Origin: Candidatus Iainarchaeum sp.
GTDB taxonomy: Archaea > Iainarchaeota > Iainarchaeia > JAADDC01
Direction: 5' to 3'
DNA: 28,245 bases
Assembly (NCBI GenBank): GCA_015520865.1
Contig: WAPE01000045.1
Span: forward strand, 1 to 28,245
The notes under the pieces are model-generated. The model saw nothing but the letters and a program-made list of their open reading frames with translations. It was not told the origin of the DNA and did not search any database. Of the stretch, positions 23,044-28,245 are shown piece after piece. Both the position numbers and the translations under genes were made by a program. How positions within the stretch are numbered: the stretch's first letter is position 1; each line of letters begins with the position of its first letter.

Positions 23044-25401
23044 CTAGACGAAGTCAAAGATGGATCGTTGTGTGGAGGGTTTTAGAAGGTCCTTCTCGGT
23101 GTAACCGAGGGTTTCGAAGATGGGTAGGACCGCCGGTAGAATCTGACGCTCAATGTAGTAATCTGGATCGTAGTCTTTGCCCTTTAATAGTTCTACGGGC
23201 TCGGCCCTCTCCGAAACACTGCCAGATCCCTTCGTTATAATGTACCCGATGATAGAACCGGGCTTTACCTTATAGCCCATTCTCTGGAGCTTCTTGGCGG
23301 CAACAACGTGGGGACCGGTTTGTTCGTATTCGTGGAGCTCCTTCTGGATCTCCGTATAGATGACGAGGTCATCGATGTCAACTCTACCGTTCCGAACATC
23401 GTCTATTACCCTTCTCACGTAGTTTAAAGCGCCCTCAACGTCTCCTTTGCCTAATATAAGTTCAAGGACTGCTTTCTGGGTCTTTCTCGCTATCTCGCTC
23501 CAATCCCTTCGCACGTACTCCATCCCCGTGATCTTTAGGTTCCCTTTCTCGTCGATGAGGGCGTACTTCTTCTTTGCAGCCCGCTCTCCCTTCCTCTTTT
23601 TGATGAAGATCCCCCTCACGTAAAAGCCCTCGAGGTCAAGCTCCATCATCCCCGGAAGCTGGTTGTTGATGTATTCCAGGAACTTCAGTACCTCCTCCCT
23701 GTCTTTGTACTGGAGGAACACCGAATCCGTATCGCCGTAGATGACCTTTAAGCCCCACTTCTCAGCCTCTTCCATCACCTTTTTGATGTAACTCCTGGCC
23801 CAGGATGTTATCGCCTCGGCACATTCCTTGCAGTACCATCTCGCTCTCGGAAAGGCGAGATAACCGTATGAAGCGTTCGCTATGATCTTCAGGGCCTGCT
23901 GTCTTGCATAAACGAGCTTGTATTCAGGCGTTCCTTTCTCCATGGACTTCAACTGTTTCTTCAGCTGGAATCGTTCCGTGAGGACGTCTTCTAGCATCGA
24001 AGGAAGGAGCCCCTTGGGCTCTTTACAGAAGAAGTGACCCACCGGAGAAACGAATCGCTCGTTCTCCGGGCAGATCTCTTTGTTCACAAGTTCTGGATCC
24101 ACGTTGTGCGTGATGATGATCGACGGGTAGAGGGAACGGAAGTCTAGGACGGCGATGTTTTCGTAGAGCCCTGGAACCGGTTCGTGGACGTACCCGCCGA
24201 TATATGTCTCTCTCAGTCTTCTTAAAACCTCCTTTTCCTTTGGACGCTTCGGCGCTACCTTGTTTCTCTTTTTGGCCTCCTTTATGAGTTTCTTTTCAAC
24301 GATTTGGGATGCACTGAGCCGAACGGCTTCGTAGAGCTCCGAGAGCGTATACCTTCCGATCTCCATATAGAGATCGAGAAACTCCTCTCCTATCTCGAAA
24401 CAGGCGATCGAATCTTCTAAATTATATTCGGCCAATTTTGAAAGGTCTCCGTTCTCCCAAACGCTCGCTATCTTTAGGTGGTCGATCTTTACCTTTTCTT
24501 CGCCCTTGAGGGCCTTGTAAACACTCTCCAAATCGAGCTTATAGGTGTTTATGGCTCCTATCGTTGCCATGTATTCGACGATCCTAAATACGTCAACATG
24601 GGCCCTTCCCCTGATCGAAACAGCCCCTCCTATGGCTGTTCTTCTTACCTGGATCTCGCTCCCGTCTCTTCCCCAAGGAAGCTTCAGTCCAAGGACCTCT
24701 GCACGCTTCTTCAAGTAGGGGAGATCGAAGTCATCGCCGTTATAGGTGTAGATAATGTCTGGATCCCTTTCCTTTATGATCTTCGTCAGTTCCTGGATCA
24801 TCTTGGCCTCCGACTCGAGCACCTTCACCTTTGGATGATCTATTGGCTTCGTGGAGAGGACAACCTGATAACCCTCCGAATCCACGTAGGATATGAGTAT
24901 GATCGGGTCCTTTTCGGGTTCCGGACTTCTCCCCGGTGCATAGACCTCGATATCGAGGGCCGCCCTCTTGAGGGGAACGTTTTCGCTTACCTCGTGGATC
25001 TCCTTCAGAAATCCTGCTTCATCGACAACGAACCGATATGTAGCCGTCGGAACAATACCTTTTTCTAAGAAGTACTGGAACTCTGCTCCGAGATCGTGCT
25101 CAAAGGAAAGGAATCCTTTTTTCTCGAGGTTTTCCTTGACCTTCTGGAGGTACTTTGGGTGCCTCAGCCTCAGGAACCAGAACTCCTTCTCCTCGATGCC
25201 TAGGTAGGCCTTCCTTCTCTCCTTGGAAACGATCCCCTCTCCGCTGGGTTCCCCCTCTCCCAGGAGCCACATATAGGGCTGGTAGACGTCTTTTATGAGC
25301 TTCCAGCCCTTCCCCGTCTGAACAAAGAGCCTTACAACCATCCGCTCCTTCTCTTCCGGGTCGTGATCCACGTAGACGATCCTTCCAACTACCTCTTCCA
25401 C
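23044..25401 (-). CDS. polB: Family B DNA polymerase
   Basis: ExoI ALDIEV, ExoII YNGDDFDLPYL, ExoIII YNLED, DFRSLYPSII, KIIANASYGY, YGDTDS, and C-terminal PIP box QRSIFDF. No intein. Confidence 0.98.
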   Translation of the reverse strand: MEEVVGRIVYVDHDPEEKERMVVRLFVQTGKGWKLIKDVYQPYMWLLGEGEPSGEGIVSKERRKAYLGIEEKEFWFLRLRHPKYLQKVKENLEKKGFLSFEHDLGAEFQYFLEKGIVPTATYRFVVDEAGFLKEIHEVSENVPLKRAALDIEVYAPGRSPEPEKDPIILISYVDSEGYQVVLSTKPIDHPKVKVLESEAKMIQELTKIIKERDPDIIYTYNGDDFDLPYLKKRAEVLGLKLPWGRDGSEIQVRRTAIGGAVSIRGRAHVDVFRIVEYMATIGAINTYKLDLESVYKALKGEEKVKIDHLKIASVWENGDLSKLAEYNLEDSIACFEIGEEFLDLYMEIGRYTLSELYEAVRLSASQIVEKKLIKEAKKRNKVAPKRPKEKEVLRRLRETYIGGYVHEPVPGLYENIAVLDFRSLYPSIIITHNVDPELVNKEICPENERFVSPVGHFFCKEPKGLLPSMLEDVLTERFQLKKQLKSMEKGTPEYKLVYARQQALKIIANASYGYLAFPRARWYCKECAEAITSWARSYIKKVMEEAEKWGLKVIYGDTDSVFLQYKDREEVLKFLEYINNQLPGMMELDLEGFYVRGIFIKKRKGERAAKKKYALIDEKGNLKITGMEYVRRDWSEIARKTQKAVLELILGKGDVEGALNYVRRVIDDVRNGRVDIDDLVIYTEIQKELHEYEQTGPHVVAAKKLQRMGYKVKPGSIIGYIITKGSGSVSERAEPVELLKGKDYDPDYYIERQILPAVLPIFETLGYTEKDLLKPSTQRSIFDFV

Positions 25402-25456
25402 GTAGTAAATTTTCCTCTACCGGGTTAAAAGGAATGCCCCACAAATTTACCACGTG
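25399..25456. repeat. 14-bp inverted repeat (13/14 match) flanking a central TATA-like box; symmetric bidirectional promoter
   Basis: CACGTAGTAAATTT (25399-25412) and AAATTTACCACGTG (25443-25456). TTAAAA (25425-25430) lies exactly at the centre, 23 nt from each GTG start. Confidence 0.7.
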
Positions 25457-25876
25457 GCAGACAAGAATGCCCTTCTCCTGAGGCGGCTCGTCGAAACGGT
25501 AAAGGCTCTCGACGACCACGTTAAGCTTATCAACCAGCAGATCAAGGTGATAAAGCGCAACGAGAAGATCCTCGCGAGGAACATCATCAACCTTCACAGG
25601 AAACTCAACGAGATTACCTCCAAGGGAACGGGCTCCGTCGATGAAGAACGGCTCACGAAGATCGAGGAACGCCTCGGAAAGATAGAAAAGGCCGTGGATC
25701 AGCTCATGGAGGACGTGAACTATTTAAAATCACAGCTTAGTCAAACCCTTACCTCCGAAGATGTCTCCCAGCTGAAGTACCTCATCGATACGATAAACCC
25801 CCTCGAATTCGTCACATACGACCAGGTTGGGGAGCTCGTTGAGAAGAAGCTAAGGGAACTTCGGATAATCCGGTAA
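25454..25876 (+). CDS. Coiled-coil hypothetical protein (140 aa)
   Basis: Heptad-like L/I/V periodicity throughout, no TM. GTG start with TATA 23 nt upstream. Confidence 0.75.
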   Translation: MADKNALLLRRLVETVKALDDHVKLINQQIKVIKRNEKILARNIINLHRKLNEITSKGTGSVDEERLTKIEERLGKIEKAVDQLMEDVNYLKSQLSQTLTSEDVSQLKYLIDTINPLEFVTYDQVGELVEKKLRELRIIR

Positions 25877-27299
25877 GAAACGGCCTCGGCTCCAGGCGAT
25901 ACGGCCTCCTAACAAGGGTTCTCACACCGATGTCGTTCTCTCCTATAGCCCCCATCTTCGTCTCGGTCAATGCCAAAACGAGATCGTTGAGATTCACGTC
26001 CTTCTCCGTTTCCAAAACCCATCCCAACCCGAAATCCTTGTACCTCTCCAGGGAAGCGATAACAGCCTTAGTTATGGGGTTCTCCGTCCTCGTGAACAAC
26101 TTGTCTGCATTTTCCACGAAGAGCATTACTCTAACTCCTTCCGACTTCCCTGTTCTCTCCAGGTTCCTCCCGATACCTTCTATCAGCGAAGCAACGGCAA
26201 GATAATCCCAGGGGTTCTTTGCATTTACCACATAAGCTGCCCCCAAACCTGTGGAGGAAATCGAAATGAACCTGTTGTAGTTCTCCCTTCCAAAGAGTTC
26301 CCCCTTCGAGAGATCAACAGCCTTCAATATCCTCCCCACCCTCAGGGATATGAGATCCGTTTCCTGGATCTTTCCCACGATATCAGACGGCCGCTCTGCA
26401 TCCACTCCAAAGGTATTCAACACCTCCACAAGCTTCGCGGCCGTCTGGGTACCCTCCTTTACTCCAATTACATCTACGAGGGCATTCCGCGGGACAACAG
26501 CCAGGTCAATGAGCGGTTTTGTTTCTTCCTCCGAAAAACCCATGGGCTGAAGGCCGAGCTTCGCATGAAGATCTGTTTTTTCTCCAGCTCTCTGGAGGGC
26601 TTCGTAAACCTCCGGATGATCTGTAACGACGATGGCATTGATCCCGTTCCTTAAAAACTCCTCTAAAAGAACGAGAAACATCCGTTTCCTGCCGAGCGGA
26701 TCTCCATAAACGACCGTTCGCCTTAGGTTCTCGGGAGACTCCCTAACGACCTCTCCTGTCTTCGTCAACCCCAGTATCATGACGCCGCCTTCGGAGGTCT
26801 TTGGAGCAGTTATGGGAGCAAGCCCAGCGATAACGGAGGGTTCTACAAATAGAATGGCTGCGAGGTTCTTTGGGACCATCGATATGGGCCTTAGGGACAT
26901 ACCCAGGGTTTTTCCGAGGAGTATAACGTTCTTCTCCATCCTATCGAGCGTCACAACCATTGTGTCAACCGTTTCCTTCAGCTCCTCCGGGTCCAAACCG
27001 ATGTACTTTATTCCTGCCGGTATGAGGAGGAACTGGAAGAGTTCCCCCTTCCACTTCTTGGAAACTCCAACAGGGTTTCCGCTGAGGTTTGAAAGGAGGG
27101 TTTTGACCTCTCCTCTTTCGACGTAGAAGCCACGGTAAACGGATATGACGAGCCCCTTGGGCTTTCCGTTCTCGTCCTTGTCTACCACGACGTAGAGGAG
27201 GTCCCTCTGGGGATTTTGATATATGCTGATCTCTCGATCCTCGTATTTACCGGCTAGTAGTGACTTCCATGGACCGTGGGGCAGCCTTACGTATCCCAT
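25812..27299 (-). CDS. Degenerate HerA/FtsK/VirB4-like P-loop ATPase fold protein
   Basis: RRTVVYGDPLGRKRMFLVLLEEFLRNGINAIVVTD aligns by eye to the HerA Walker A region. MLFVENADKL sits at the Walker B position and YKDFGLGWVLETE at the RKxGxG...TQ motif. Catalytic residues are substituted. Confidence 0.6.
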   Translation of the reverse strand: MGYVRLPHGPWKSLLAGKYEDREISIYQNPQRDLLYVVVDKDENGKPKGLVISVYRGFYVERGEVKTLLSNLSGNPVGVSKKWKGELFQFLLIPAGIKYIGLDPEELKETVDTMVVTLDRMEKNVILLGKTLGMSLRPISMVPKNLAAILFVEPSVIAGLAPITAPKTSEGGVMILGLTKTGEVVRESPENLRRTVVYGDPLGRKRMFLVLLEEFLRNGINAIVVTDHPEVYEALQRAGEKTDLHAKLGLQPMGFSEEETKPLIDLAVVPRNALVDVIGVKEGTQTAAKLVEVLNTFGVDAERPSDIVGKIQETDLISLRVGRILKAVDLSKGELFGRENYNRFISISSTGLGAAYVVNAKNPWDYLAVASLIEGIGRNLERTGKSEGVRVMLFVENADKLFTRTENPITKAVIASLERYKDFGLGWVLETEKDVNLNDLVLALTETKMGAIGENDIGVRTLVRRPYRLEPRPFLTGLSEVPLASSQRAPQPGRM

Positions 27300-27332
27300 C
27301 CCCTTAAAATAGGCCCCACGGTAATTTAATAC
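27300..27332. promoter_or_regulatory. 33-bp bidirectional promoter with crossed TATA boxes
   Basis: TTAAAATA (27304-27311) is 21 nt before GTG 27333. TATTAAAT on the minus strand (27324-27331) is 24 nt before ATG 27299. Confidence 0.55.
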
Positions 27333-27836
27333 GTGCCCAGCATCGAGGAGCTGAAGGCGCTCGTGAAGGAGTTCAAGGAGGAGGGTGTTAGCGAAGAGGA
27401 AATAAGGAAGACCCTCCAGGAAATGAATGTCGACACATCTACGATAAGTGCTCTCCTTGGTGAGTCTGAGAGCCCGCCTTCCTCTTCTGAGGAAAAAGAA
27501 GAAGAGGTCAAGCTTCCTGAGCCCGAAGAGATCCCCGTTCCTCCATTACCTCAAGAACCTCCCGAGGAAGAGACCGATAAAACGATCGAGCAGCTACCTC
27601 ACCTAGAAACCGCCGAACACGTCAAGGAGATACATAAAAAGGTCGAAGAGCTCCACACGACAGTTGCCAAGACCGATGACATCGTGGAGGTGAAGGAGCG
27701 CCTCGCTACCATCGAGGAAGATGTAAAGGAACTAAAAGGTATGCTTAAGGCGATCCAAAAGCTCCTCCAGGAGATTCTAAACACCAATCGAAGCATACTC
27801 GTTGATCTCTACGAGGAGGCCAAGAAGAAGTCCTAA
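27333..27836 (+). CDS. Acidic hypothetical protein: small helical N-domain, Glu/Pro linker, C-terminal coiled coil
   Basis: 167-aa ORF with EEEVKLPEPEEIPVPPLPQEPPEEE linker and heptad C-terminus. Confidence 0.75.
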   Translation: MPSIEELKALVKEFKEEGVSEEEIRKTLQEMNVDTSTISALLGESESPPSSSEEKEEEVKLPEPEEIPVPPLPQEPPEEETDKTIEQLPHLETAEHVKEIHKKVEELHTTVAKTDDIVEVKERLATIEEDVKELKGMLKAIQKLLQEILNTNRSILVDLYEEAKKKS

Positions 27837-28245
27837 TCCTCCTTCTTCAGGAGGTTTTCGAGTTTCTCCTTGTACTTCTCCTCTATCTTCTCGACCAGTT
27901 CCAGCTCCTTCTTTATGGCCTCCTTCAGATCCGCCGGCGTGCTTGGATCGGAGAGCTTTGCAATGAGGGCGCCCTTATAGGCGGCTATCTTGTCGAGCTG
28001 CTGTAGCAGTGCCGTTGCTCCACCGATCTTAATATAGTCCTCGGGGAGGTTCGTGGCGTAGGGCCCAAACATCCAGATACTTCCAGAGCTCTTTGCCCCG
28101 TAAATCTTCTTCTTCATCCAACTACTCCACTGATCGACGAGTTGCTCCGTTCTGAGGAACGTCTTCGACTGCTTACCTAAGAACTCCCCGCTCTTCTCCA
28201 ATACCTCCTTCCAGAAGTCCCACTTTGGATAATCCCCAGCCTCCG
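27833..28245 (-). CDS. Hypothetical protein, 5' end beyond the window
   Basis: The frame stays open upstream of the track's TTG 28201 to the window edge (...EAGDYPKWDFWKEVLEKSG...). C-terminus is coiled-coil-like. Confidence 0.7.
   Translation of the reverse strand, partial: EAGDYPKWDFWKEVLEKSGEFLGKQSKTFLRTEQLVDQWSSWMKKKIYGAKSSGSIWMFGPYATNLPEDYIKIGGATALLQQLDKIAAYKGALIAKLSDPSTPADLKEAIKKELELVEKIEEKYKEKLENLLKKED

Noticed and set aside
23044-25401. Intein or split in PolB
   Set aside because: 785 aa with contiguous motifs and no intein signature.
1-28245. CRISPR arrays, tandem repeats, IS elements, rRNA
   Set aside because: No regularly spaced repeats, transposase motifs or rRNA-like stretches were seen on reading either strand. 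Short repeats could be missed by eye.

Overview
Very gene-dense archaeal window of roughly 50% GC by eye. The E/K/R-rich proteins, GC-rich tRNA stems and gene families point to a probably thermophilic DPANN-type lineage (inference). It holds two separate type IV pilus-like machines. Locus A (1-5706, minus strand) has a large VirB11/PilB-type ATPase, a single-chain double-TadC protein and at least four pilin-like genes, including a 39-aa one missing from the ORF track. A minimal archaeosortase gene sits divergent from it. Locus B (15364-19197, plus strand) has a FlaI/PilB-type ATPase and a TadB/TadC pair with no adjacent pilins. Housekeeping genes are map, hisS, uppS, polB, a geranylgeranyl reductase and an AmmeMemoRadiSam radical SAM enzyme. 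Also present are an intron-containing tRNA-Trp(CCA) with a perfect bulge-helix-bulge and guide-like intron, a 1677-aa membrane-anchored surface protein, a secreted protein with a PWW tail, a degenerate HerA-like ATPase and several coiled-coil proteins. The strongest unannotated signal is a textbook box C/D sRNA at about 13580-13635. It occupies the 5' leader of the reductase gene, one of its guides is identical to a Shine-Dalgarno sequence (so it could pair with the 16S anti-SD), and the reductase frame behind it has no ATG/GTG/TTG start before its FAD-binding motif. No CRISPR array, transposase or integrase was seen. All family assignments come from motif recognition by eye; no searches were run.
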